Shown: piece by piece, positions 1-8,791 of the stretch
How the letters are laid out: every line of letters begins with the position of its first letter
Numbering within the stretch: the first letter of the stretch is position 1
Assembly: GCA_964439905.1 (NCBI GenBank)
Contig: CAYTPK010000007.1
Location: 68,539-132,538 of the forward strand
Direction of reading: 5' to 3'
Source of the DNA: an uncultured Dehalococcoidia bacterium
Lineage (GTDB): Bacteria > Chloroflexota > Dehalococcoidia > Lucifugimonadales > GCA-2712585
Length of the DNA: 64,000 nucleotides
Notes under the pieces: generated by a model
What the model was told of the DNA's origin: nothing
Seen by the model: only the letters and a program-made list of their open reading frames with translations
The model's database searches: none
Translations under genes and position numbers: made by a program

Positions 1-332
1 GTAAACCCTGGATCCATGTAAGACGCGTTTGTGTAACCCATTTTTAGGAGAGTCTGCCCTGCCAGGGCAGATCGACCGGTCCCGCCTCAATGGACGAATA
101 TCGTTTGGTCCTTATTTGGTATCATGTTCTCTACACGTCCTTCTATAAGCCCTCGTGACAATAGAGTTGCCTCTTCGATGTGTCCTTCAGTCCATTCACT
201 CGGCTCTCGCACGTCAAGAATAATGAAGTCCTCTTTTCGTTGTAGTTTTAAATAGACGGTTTCTATTGGAGTTGATGGTACCTCCGCCTGGGCTTCTTCT
301 ACCATCCTCTTTCCCACGTTTTCTTTATCCAT
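1..332 (-). CDS. Single-domain rhodanese-like sulfurtransferase with in-frame TGA at the catalytic Cys position (candidate selenocysteine); C-terminus runs off the left edge
   Basis: The tracked ORF 87..332 contains the rhodanese motif ILDVREPSEWTEGHIE. It ends ...QTIFVH at TGA (complement of 87..89). The same frame stays open for 28 more codons to position 1, reading GGTGRSALAGQTLLKMGYTNASYMDPGF. Together this gives H-[TGA]-GGTGRS, which matches the CX4R[ST] rhodanese active-site loop with TGA in place of Cys. Confidence 0.7.
53..71 (-). promoter_or_regulatory. SECIS-like stem-loop downstream of the in-frame TGA
   Basis: mRNA sense is UCUGCCC-UGGCA-GGGCAGA: a perfect 7-bp GC-rich stem with a 5-nt loop containing GG. 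It starts 15 nt after the UGA, so the loop begins 22 nt after it. That is where bacterial SECIS hairpins are expected. Confidence 0.5.
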
Positions 333-464
333 TTGACACCTCGGCCCTTTAACTGTCTAGACAAATAGCACAATGTTGGATCCGGGTCAATACTATAGGC
401 GGTCTTATGCGTTTTCGAGTCGTCCAATAATTGTTATACTATTTTCCTACAATCTAGATTAACC

Positions 465-1076
465 GTGGACGGTTTTATGGCTCGCATGAAATCAGCTTTT
501 GAAAAAGCGATGGAAAGAATTGAAAAAATTGAGGCTCCGGATCCTGTTAAAAAACTGGAATGGGAATTCCTACCCCTAGGCCGCAAGCTAGCGGGATCGT
601 ACATCAAATTTGAGGGAGACCCATTTAAGAAATATAGTCGCGCATCTGAGGAGGCCAAACCTTACCTAAAAAACGGAATGATGGAGGTTCTTATAGCGAA
701 CCTACAGCTTCCGAAAAACGAGACCACAGATGCTACAAATAAAAGAACCTTTGAAGGGCTAACGATTCTTCTTGAAGAACAGCAACCGGCCAAAGATTTA
801 TTAGAACGGGCTATATATGTCACTCAGCAATACGCTCAGTACGGAAATCCGCAAAGAGAACAGGCCTACTTGGAGCTAAAAAAGCAAATAGAACAGGTCG
901 TGATGGAATCTTTGGCTCGACAAGGCGGAGGTGTGCAACCTCAAGTAGCGGGGCAAATCAGAGTGGAGACCATGCCAGAATTTCAACAACAATGGATGAA
1001 AATTTCTGGGCAAATTGATCAGCAGTACGAACAACATTTGGACCAAATTCGTCAAGAATTGATGAATTTATCATAA
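465..1076 (+). CDS. Hypothetical protein, predicted helical, Gln/Glu-rich C-terminus
   Basis: 203-aa ORF with no motif I recognise. Its TAA stop lies 1 nt before the ATG of the next ORF (TAATATG), which suggests translational coupling. The start is uncertain: GTG at 465 or ATG at 477. Confidence 0.55.
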   Translation: MDGFMARMKSAFEKAMERIEKIEAPDPVKKLEWEFLPLGRKLAGSYIKFEGDPFKKYSRASEEAKPYLKNGMMEVLIANLQLPKNETTDATNKRTFEGLTILLEEQQPAKDLLERAIYVTQQYAQYGNPQREQAYLELKKQIEQVVMESLARQGGGVQPQVAGQIRVETMPEFQQQWMKISGQIDQQYEQHLDQIRQELMNLS

Positions 1077-1077
1077 T

Positions 1078-1782
1078 ATGCAAGACCGAGAAAATGCATT
1101 GAATCGGCTTGAAGATGCGGTAGCACGGACAGAAGTCGTAAAGGCTCCTAGCCAATACTTAGATACGTTTGGCATCACAAAACTACACTATTATCTAGTT
1201 ACCGAGCCTAGTTATCTGGAACTGGTTAAAGGCCCGTCCGAAGCAGTTGTCAGAGAAGGAGACGTGACTGCGTCCATGCCAGTAGTCGTTACTCCAACAT
1301 ACATGACCCATCTCGACGGGTTTGGAGAGGAGGCCTACGAATATTTTGAAGAGTTAAAGCGTAGTTATGGTCCCAACACACCGGGTTTACTATATAGATA
1401 TTCCAACCAATTAGGAGGGACAGAGATTGTCGAGGGGACTGCTTTGGATGTTGCTCAAAGAATTGGAGGAAGGACTCGGGAGCAAGGAGAGACGCTTTCC
1501 GTGGTAATTAAGGGTGTAGATGATTTATGGGATGTTTCCCTGTTGAAGTTTATTTATGAATATACAATGGCTTCCATTTCCTCCAATGTTGGTGCATTAA
1601 GACGAGGAGGGTTGCTCTCATCAGATGTAAACGGAGTGCCAACCGCAGCCCTAAGACGCATAGAGGCCCTGTTCGACGATGTCAGGAAAGGAGGGGATCC
1701 CTACGTACTCAAGCGAGAACTTGATAGATGGGAGTTATACCATGTTTTCGAAGACAAGTTTTTGGATTTGTTTAGAAAATAG
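1078..1782 (+). CDS. Hypothetical protein (unknown family)
   Basis: 234-aa ORF with non-repetitive, globular-looking composition. It is tightly coupled to the upstream ORF. I recognise no catalytic motif. Confidence 0.6.
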   Translation: MQDRENALNRLEDAVARTEVVKAPSQYLDTFGITKLHYYLVTEPSYLELVKGPSEAVVREGDVTASMPVVVTPTYMTHLDGFGEEAYEYFEELKRSYGPNTPGLLYRYSNQLGGTEIVEGTALDVAQRIGGRTREQGETLSVVIKGVDDLWDVSLLKFIYEYTMASISSNVGALRRGGLLSSDVNGVPTAALRRIEALFDDVRKGGDPYVLKRELDRWELYHVFEDKFLDLFRK

Positions 1783-1964
1783 AAATATTTATTCCCTTTG
1801 TAATATGCTAATCATATGTTCGAGATGGTCATCCGACTCTGGTTGACACGAGGATTCACGGTGTCAATCGATGACTATCTTGTCTGTTCTTAGGGTCTTA
1901 ATTTCTAACTACAATTGGATTTATCTATGCTATTATATTGGACAGATTGTTCAGGGAGAATGAG

Positions 1965-3533
1965 ATGTTGGATCTCCTCATAATAAATGGCTTGATCATT
2001 GATGGTACGGGGAGTCCTGGGTTTTATGGTTCGATTGGGGTAGAAAAAGATATGATAAGGATCTTTAGGGGAGATGTGGCAGACGTCGTCTCTGAGAAAA
2101 CAATCGATGCGAAAGGTCAAGTCGTTTGTCCAGGATTTGTGGATCTACATTCGCACGCCGGGCTTACCATATTAGGACAACCTCACCACGATCCTAAGGT
2201 GAGGCAAGGGGTTACCACAGAGCTTATTGGTATAGATGGTATATCTCACTCCCCGTTTAAGACTTATGAGGAACTCCGCAGATATATTTGGCTGGATTCT
2301 GGGCTTAACTGGTATCCTCCAGAGCCTGCCGATTGGTTAACAGTAGCTCAACAACTTGATAAATACGAACAATCAGTGGCCATAAATATTGCATATATCT
2401 TAGGCAACTCACCGGTTAGAATTTGGGCTTTGGGTTGGGAAGATAGGTCAGCTACCAACAAAGAAATACAAGAAATGAAAGCCGTGACTAGAGAGGCTAT
2501 GGAAGAGGGAGCTTGGGGGCTATCAACAGGTTTGGATTATCCACCGGGTGCCTATGCGAGCACCGCTGAATTGACAGAATTGGCAGAGACATCTGCTAGA
2601 CTCGGTGGATTTTATCATACACACACGAGAGCCAGTCTTAAAAGATATGGCCGGATGGCTCCTTGGGAAGAAGCCCTAGATATTGGAAGGGTCAGTGGGA
2701 GTCCTATACACATGACCCATTATAGACAAACGGCTCAAGGTAGTGGCAGTCACTGGGATTACATTAAACTTATAGAAGACGCTAGGGATGAGGGGTTGGA
2801 CGTAACATTTGATTGCTATTCGTATATATATTCCAGCACATCTATAACGATAGCGATCCCTAACTGGGCTAAGGATGGAGGACCGGAACGTTTAATGAAG
2901 GCTCTAAAAGATCCGGATGATCGCCGACGGATCGCGGAAGAGCTTTCAAGCGATAGATTGTCCACTGCAACTCTTACTAATTTTAATTTGCCTGAAAATA
3001 GCAAGTATGATGGGAAGAGCATTTTGCACATAGCGGAACTACGGGGACAAGAGCCTGCATATGCATTAATGGATCTCTTACACCAGGAAAATTTAGGTCT
3101 CTGCACCGTTGGTCCTGGCACCAATCCCCAGACGTTACCTGCGTTCGTATCTCATCCAGCCGGTATGATAGCCAGCGATGCAGTGTTATTTGGTGAGTTT
3201 CCGAGCCCAAGAAGTTATGGTTGTTTTCCTGTAGTACTTGCCGAGTTTGTAAGAGCCGAAAAGCATCTAAGCCTTCCTGAAGCGATTCGGAAGATGACTT
3301 CGTTCCCAGCCCAGCGCCTCGGGTTGCGAGAAAGGGGTATTCTATTGGACGGGTTTAAGGCAGATATAGTGATATTTGATCCGATAACAGTAAAAGCCCC
3401 AGCTACCATGCAAGATCCAAAGCAATTTCCTATAGGTATAAACTACGTGATCGTTAATGGAAATGTCGTTATAGACCAGGGAAGGAACACGGGGTTGTTA
3501 CCCGGGAGAGCGCTCAGACGAGGTCGAGATTAA
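1965..3533 (+). CDS. D-aminoacylase-type amidohydrolase (N-acyl-D-amino-acid deacylase family)
   Basis: N-terminus LLIINGLIIDGTG...CPGFVDLHSHAG carries the metal-binding HxH, and the length is about 520 aa. Start placed at ATG 1965 because AGGGAGA lies 5 nt upstream. The tracked ORF begins at TTG 1938. Confidence 0.8.
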   Translation: MLDLLIINGLIIDGTGSPGFYGSIGVEKDMIRIFRGDVADVVSEKTIDAKGQVVCPGFVDLHSHAGLTILGQPHHDPKVRQGVTTELIGIDGISHSPFKTYEELRRYIWLDSGLNWYPPEPADWLTVAQQLDKYEQSVAINIAYILGNSPVRIWALGWEDRSATNKEIQEMKAVTREAMEEGAWGLSTGLDYPPGAYASTAELTELAETSARLGGFYHTHTRASLKRYGRMAPWEEALDIGRVSGSPIHMTHYRQTAQGSGSHWDYIKLIEDARDEGLDVTFDCYSYIYSSTSITIAIPNWAKDGGPERLMKALKDPDDRRRIAEELSSDRLSTATLTNFNLPENSKYDGKSILHIAELRGQEPAYALMDLLHQENLGLCTVGPGTNPQTLPAFVSHPAGMIASDAVLFGEFPSPRSYGCFPVVLAEFVRAEKHLSLPEAIRKMTSFPAQRLGLRERGILLDGFKADIVIFDPITVKAPATMQDPKQFPIGINYVIVNGNVVIDQGRNTGLLPGRALRRGRD

Positions 3534-3568
3534 TCGCAGATCTCTTGGGGCTTGAGGTTTTATTGATA

Positions 3569-4147
3569 TCAATTCAGTTGTTTGATCAAGTTTGGTCGGC
3601 GGCGTTGGTATTCTGTTTCAAGTAGACCCATCACCATTGAATTATGCCATTTGCCATCCTTTAAATGGGTGCTTCGTAGATGTCCTTCCAATACGAACCC
3701 AGCTCGCTCTACTAGATGACTTGCGTGGACATTATAATCGGGCACATCAACCCATGCTCTATGAAGTTTATAGGTAAAAAATACAATGTCCAACAGCTGT
3801 ATTAGTGCTGCAAAACCGTAGTGTTTGAACCAGAGTTCGGTTCTTCCTATCACGAAAAACAGCTGGGCTTCATGTAGGGCTGGCTCGATGAGCATTTGTA
3901 CTTCACCTATGTGGCCTTCGTGTTCCTCATATATAGACATAATTTTTCTGTCATCATTGTTGAAAGCTTTCTCCCAATCACTTTGGTCCCCCTTGATAAT
4001 GTTATAGGGAGAATAGCCTATGTGATATGGTTTTCCTGTGTCGTCCAATCCGTACCAAAAATCCGAAAGTGTTGGTGATTTAAGCCAGTCCCCCATCCTA
4101 GCAACATCTTCTTTGGTTACATCTACTAGCTGTATTTTTGGTTCCAT
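3569..4147 (-). CDS. GNAT-family N-acetyltransferase
   Basis: 192 aa with a GNAT-like core (HIGEVQMLI...GRTELWFKHYGFAALIQLLDIVF...VERAGFVLEG), resembling RimJ/RimL. Confidence 0.65.
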   Translation of the reverse strand: MEPKIQLVDVTKEDVARMGDWLKSPTLSDFWYGLDDTGKPYHIGYSPYNIIKGDQSDWEKAFNNDDRKIMSIYEEHEGHIGEVQMLIEPALHEAQLFFVIGRTELWFKHYGFAALIQLLDIVFFTYKLHRAWVDVPDYNVHASHLVERAGFVLEGHLRSTHLKDGKWHNSMVMGLLETEYQRRRPNLIKQLN

Positions 4148-4286
4148 TTACCACCGCCTTCAGACAGAATAAATCTGGAGCCCTTGAAAGGAGTATTCAG
4201 AAAGTGTAGTTTAACCCCGTAACAGAGTCTAGGGCAAATCAATTGTATATGGCTATCTTTAAGTATACTTCCAAGCAGCAATCACA

Positions 4287-4820
4287 TTGAACAGGTTTCT
4301 GTACGATATATTCCACACAAGATTTGGTTGGGTTGGAATTCTGTATACCATAAATGGATTGCGATTTTGTGTCCTAAAGCAGACCGCTCTTCAGACTTTG
4401 GAGGCAATAAAGACCGAGGCTTCTGGGTCTTATCTAGCGGCATCGAGCGAAACAGATGTGAAGGTAATCCTTCAAAGGTATATGTTAGGAGCGGAAGACA
4501 ATCTAAGGTTAATAACTATCGACATAAATGTACAATCAACGTTTTACTTAGATGCATGGGAAGTTTGTAGGAACATACCATCAGGCCAAACTAGGACCTA
4601 CGCGTGGGTTGCTAGCAAAATTGGGCGACCTAAATCTCAGAGAGCTGTCGGACGGGCTATGGCCAGCAATCCTATCCCCATAGTCATTCCCTGTCATAGA
4701 GTTATTCGTAGTGACGGATCTGTAGGAGGATATAGTGGTGGGGGTCCTGACATTAAAAAAAAGTTGTTAACCTTGGAAAGAGAAATGGAGGCTAACGACT
4801 ACTCTAGTCCATTGCGGTAA
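4287..4820 (+). CDS. ogt: Methylated-DNA--protein-cysteine methyltransferase
   Basis: Active-site motif IPCHRVIRSDGSVGGYSGG (PCHR) plus an upstream helix-turn-helix region (YAWVASKIGRPKSQRAVGRAMASNP). TTG start. Confidence 0.85.
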   Translation: MNRFLYDIFHTRFGWVGILYTINGLRFCVLKQTALQTLEAIKTEASGSYLAASSETDVKVILQRYMLGAEDNLRLITIDINVQSTFYLDAWEVCRNIPSGQTRTYAWVASKIGRPKSQRAVGRAMASNPIPIVIPCHRVIRSDGSVGGYSGGGPDIKKKLLTLEREMEANDYSSPLR

Positions 4821-7800
4821 TCTGTTGTGCTTGGACCGTTTCTTGGGCACCCTTTATTCTAAAGCGGTCTGGGCCCAAAACATTGATGATCTTTGATTCT
4901 AGTTCGGGACAGTTCTTGACCGTAAATGGCATTTCCACCAAAACAGGGTTGTCAATATTATTGATCCGTAGTTGGACTCTGTTTTCGCCACTAAAATCTA
5001 GAATAGATCGGATTAGCGTATCTAAGAAGGCAGCTTCAGAACCTATGGCATCCGAGTCTTCTATGATAATTTCAACGATTGTGTCTTTTGGATTTGGTTT
5101 ATCTTTCGCTTTTTCTGGGTTAGCGGATGTTGTAGGAAAAGATTTGTTAACAGTTTCTGATTCGGTGTAGCTTGGCATATCGGTCCGATCTGTCACAGAT
5201 TCTGCTACTGCTTCAAATTCACTTACAGTATCACAGTAAATTGATAGGCGTGGCCCCCTGGATTTTACCTTTCCAGATATGAGAAGTAGTTGGCCTTCTT
5301 TCCAAGACCGGCGGGTTTGGTCAAAGATATGGGGCCATGCTACTACCTCTATGTTTCCCCCAAGTAAATCCATGGATGCACTAAGGAATTGTCGGTTATC
5401 TCGAGTTAGTCGTTCACTTAGTGTTGTTACTTGACCAAGTATAGTGATTTGTTTGCCTTCTAATTCTGAACTAATGTGTTTTCTAGATGTTATGGCTTGA
5501 TCTGGAATCGAATGGTTCGGTATTAAGGAGAGGGGAGAAGATGATATTGATACTCCAAGCAACTCTCTTTCCCACCCGATTAATTCGTTTAGGGGAACCT
5601 CGTCTTCACCAACGTTTATTTGAACGGTACTTGCAACCGGCGTCGAAAAATCTCCGAACAGACTGGTTTGACCTGTAGATCGCATGTTTGATTCTTGCTG
5701 TGAGATGTTAACTAATTGATCTGATATGTCTAATAGTGCTTTGCGCGGGCCAAATGTGTCAAAGGCACCAGCCTTGATCAGGCTTTCCAAGCCTCGGCGA
5801 TTCAGGGCGTGGCAATTTGAGTTGCGAGCAAATTCCTCTAGGGAAGCGTAGCTTCCAGTTTTTGCTCTGGCTTCAATTATCGGTGTCAAAGCTGTGATAC
5901 CAAGATTCTTTATTGCCGAAAGACCAAATCTAATATTTTGAGTCCCGTTCTCACTATCTTCAATGGTGAAATCCACTTGGCTGTAATTAATGTTTGGCGG
6001 TAGGACTTTTATTCCCATTCTTAAACATTCATTAATAGCGTTACTAATCTTGTCTGGATGCCCAGCTCTAGAATTCAATACTGAAGCCATATATTCGAGC
6101 GGGTAATTAGCTTTAAAATAAGCCGTCCAATATGAAATCTGTGCATAGCTAACACTGTGCGCTTTGTTGAATGCGTAACCCGCAAACGGTTCAATTAGAT
6201 TGAAGATTTCCTCGGCTAGAACTGAGTCAAAACCTTTTTTCTTAGCACCTATTATGAATCGATCTCTTTCCTTAGCCATCAGACTTGGGATCTTTTTGCC
6301 CATGGCTTTCCTTACGATATCGGCTTCACCCAACGAATACCCAGCAAAAGTCTGCAATATCAGGAGAACCTGGTCTTGAAATACGATAATACCGTACGAA
6401 TCCTTTAGTATGTCATCTAGGCTTGGGTGCGGTGATATTACAGGTATTTCGCCGTGTTTCGCAGCTATGAAATTTGGGATCTGTTCCATGGGGCCAGGCC
6501 TATAGAGGGCTATCATGGCCGCAACATCACTGAGGGATGACGGCCGTAGAGTTTTGATGTATTTTTGCATGCCCGTACTTTCAAGTTGGAAAACCTCTGT
6601 GGTGTCACCTGATGACAATAAGTCAAAGGTTTTATCGTCGGCCATGGAAACATCTTTTAGCGACAGCTTCAATCCCCTGGTTTGTTCGATTATTTTTAGG
6701 GTTTTGTCCAGTATGGTTAAGTTAGTTAGACCCAGAAAGTCCATTTTTAACAAGCCTAGTTTTGCTATTGGATCCATAGCGAATTGTGTCATTGCCACTT
6801 CACTATCTTCATCGGCCTTCGTTGGTCTTTGTAATGGGACGTATTCTGTCAATGGATCTTCTGAAATCACCACGCCTGCAGCATGTGTGCTAACGTGATG
6901 AGCAATCCCTTCTAATCCCTGGGCGTCTTTTAGCAGGTCCCTAATGTCCTCCCTGCTCCGTTGTAGGTCCTGGATCTCCGGTACGGTATCAATCGCTTCT
7001 TGAATACTCTTCGCCCTAAATGGTATCAATCGTGCGAGACGGTCTGCGTCTCCATAACTTACATTCCTGGCCCTCCCGACATCTCTAATGGCTGCCTTTG
7101 GACCAAGCGTACCAAAAGTTATTATCTGGGCCACTTTGTCCTTTCCGTATTGTTGAGTGACATGTTGCAAAACCTCGTCCCTACGATCATCTTGGAAGTC
7201 CATGTCTATATCTGGCATTTCGTTACGTTCTAGATTTAGAAATCGCTCGAAAACTAGATGGTGTTCCATAGGATCCACATCGGTCACGCCCAAACAGTAG
7301 AGTGCTAAACTTGCGGCAGCGCTACCTCTAACACCAAAAAGTATGTGTCTGTCTCTTGTGTACGATACGATTTGCCATACAACGAGAAAGTAGTGGGCAA
7401 AACGAGTGTGTTTTATAACTTCTAATTCATATTTTAATCTCTGTTTATGCTGATTATTAGGAGTCTTATAGATACGAGTGAGACCTTCCCAACAAAGTTT
7501 TGATAAATATTCGTCTGCGTCCATCCCATCTGGAACAGGGTATCTGGGTACATGTATTTCCCCAAATGGCAATACTAGTTCACAACGCTCTGCGATACGT
7601 TGTGTGTTTATAATTGCATCTGGAAGTTCTTTAAACAATTCCATCATTTCCTTGCCACTTTTTAGGTAGAAGGAATTTCCTTCCATTTTTAAACGTTTGC
7701 TATCAGAGATAGTGGAATTAGTTGATATGCACATCCGTATATCTTGTAGATGTGCGTGGTCTTCGAATGTGTAGTGACTATCATTAGTAGCCACCAAGGG

Positions 7801-8409
7801 GATGTCCAAAGTTTTACTTATCTCGATAGTGTTTGTGTTGATGGTATCTAGATCAGGGATGTGATCGTGTTGTTGGATTTCCATAAAAAAGCGATCGCCA
7901 AAAACCTCTTTGAGCCATGCGGCTCTTTGTTTGCCCTTTTCAATATTTCCATCAGTAATATCTCTGGATATCTTTGAGTTGGGACATCCTGATAGGATTA
8001 TTAATCCTTCGTTATATTGTTCCAAAAGATCATCATCGATTCTAGGCCTATAATAGAAACCTTCCATATGTGCAAGAGATACCAATTTTAGAAGATTCTT
8101 GTACCCCTGGTTGTTATGAGCTAATACTGTAAGGTGGAAGGGTCTTTTTTCTGAGGTATCTTTAACCAACCGGCTATTCCTTGCTTCATACATCTCACAT
8201 CCTATGATGGGATTAATACCTCTGGCCTTCGCTGCAGAATAAAAATCAACAGCTCCGTAAAGAACTCCATGGTCTGTGATGGCTAGCGATGACATACGAT
8301 GTTGGACAGCTGCTTCTACCAAGTCTGTAATACGGCTGATACCATCTAGCAGGCTATATTCTGTGTGGACGTGGAGATGTGTAAACATATTCAAATTCAA
8401 TCTGTACAA
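4804..8409 (-). CDS. dnaE: DNA polymerase III alpha subunit
   Basis: 1201 aa. N-terminal PHP domain (FTHLHVHTEYSLLDG), the polymerase core (DIDMDF, FLGL), and C-terminal OB-fold region are all present. Confidence 0.97.
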   Translation of the reverse strand: MYRLNLNMFTHLHVHTEYSLLDGISRITDLVEAAVQHRMSSLAITDHGVLYGAVDFYSAAKARGINPIIGCEMYEARNSRLVKDTSEKRPFHLTVLAHNNQGYKNLLKLVSLAHMEGFYYRPRIDDDLLEQYNEGLIILSGCPNSKISRDITDGNIEKGKQRAAWLKEVFGDRFFMEIQQHDHIPDLDTINTNTIEISKTLDIPLVATNDSHYTFEDHAHLQDIRMCISTNSTISDSKRLKMEGNSFYLKSGKEMMELFKELPDAIINTQRIAERCELVLPFGEIHVPRYPVPDGMDADEYLSKLCWEGLTRIYKTPNNQHKQRLKYELEVIKHTRFAHYFLVVWQIVSYTRDRHILFGVRGSAAASLALYCLGVTDVDPMEHHLVFERFLNLERNEMPDIDMDFQDDRRDEVLQHVTQQYGKDKVAQIITFGTLGPKAAIRDVGRARNVSYGDADRLARLIPFRAKSIQEAIDTVPEIQDLQRSREDIRDLLKDAQGLEGIAHHVSTHAAGVVISEDPLTEYVPLQRPTKADEDSEVAMTQFAMDPIAKLGLLKMDFLGLTNLTILDKTLKIIEQTRGLKLSLKDVSMADDKTFDLLSSGDTTEVFQLESTGMQKYIKTLRPSSLSDVAAMIALYRPGPMEQIPNFIAAKHGEIPVISPHPSLDDILKDSYGIIVFQDQVLLILQTFAGYSLGEADIVRKAMGKKIPSLMAKERDRFIIGAKKKGFDSVLAEEIFNLIEPFAGYAFNKAHSVSYAQISYWTAYFKANYPLEYMASVLNSRAGHPDKISNAINECLRMGIKVLPPNINYSQVDFTIEDSENGTQNIRFGLSAIKNLGITALTPIIEARAKTGSYASLEEFARNSNCHALNRRGLESLIKAGAFDTFGPRKALLDISDQLVNISQQESNMRSTGQTSLFGDFSTPVASTVQINVGEDEVPLNELIGWERELLGVSISSSPLSLIPNHSIPDQAITSRKHISSELEGKQITILGQVTTLSERLTRDNRQFLSASMDLLGGNIEVVAWPHIFDQTRRSWKEGQLLLISGKVKSRGPRLSIYCDTVSEFEAVAESVTDRTDMPSYTESETVNKSFPTTSANPEKAKDKPNPKDTIVEIIIEDSDAIGSEAAFLDTLIRSILDFSGENRVQLRINNIDNPVLVEMPFTVKNCPELESKIINVLGPDRFRIKGAQETVQAQQITAMD

Positions 8410-8791
8410 AAAATATTATATTGACGTTCAACGGTCAAGGGCGGAAAGAACCAGGTGTAAGAATTCAACTATTAACTTGCAGGTTGTGTCTTGATCGTTT
8501 TGATTTTGATTACCTTGCCTTTATGGGTAGATTGATGGAAAGGCAAGGAAAATTCCGTATAAAACAAAGATTTGGGTCTTATAACCCATGTTTGTATCGG
8601 AGAAGATCGGTTGAATATTTACTCTAGACTTTATAAAGAAAATCGGGTTTACTGATGAGAGTGTGGAGTTGATAAAGGTGGTCACCTAAATTCTTGTCAT
8701 TCTGCTCTATGTTTGAGGTGGGTCACCCTATAATGGTCCGATTGTCTAATAGATAAAATCGGGGTTTTGTCCCCAATATGGAGGGATTTCT

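Noticed and set aside
1-332. Rhodanese gene as a simple nonsense-mutated pseudogene
   Set aside because: This is considered less likely than Sec recoding for three reasons. The TGA falls precisely on the catalytic Cys codon. The downstream frame is intact and still reads the conserved active-site loop. A suitably placed hairpin follows. It cannot be fully excluded without genome context.
8421-8627. 68-aa ORF in the dnaE-amidohydrolase spacer
   Set aside because: It has no ribosome-binding site. Its sequence is Arg/Cys/Leu-rich with no motif, and it spans the 10-bp hairpin. It is treated as non-coding, and the region is reported as a structured spacer instead.
8652-8659. CTGATGAG, identical to the hammerhead ribozyme core strand
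   Set aside because: No stem II hairpin follows. No correctly spaced GAAA element or cleavage-site triplet with pairing stems I and III could be built from the flanking sequence. It appears to be a chance 8-mer.
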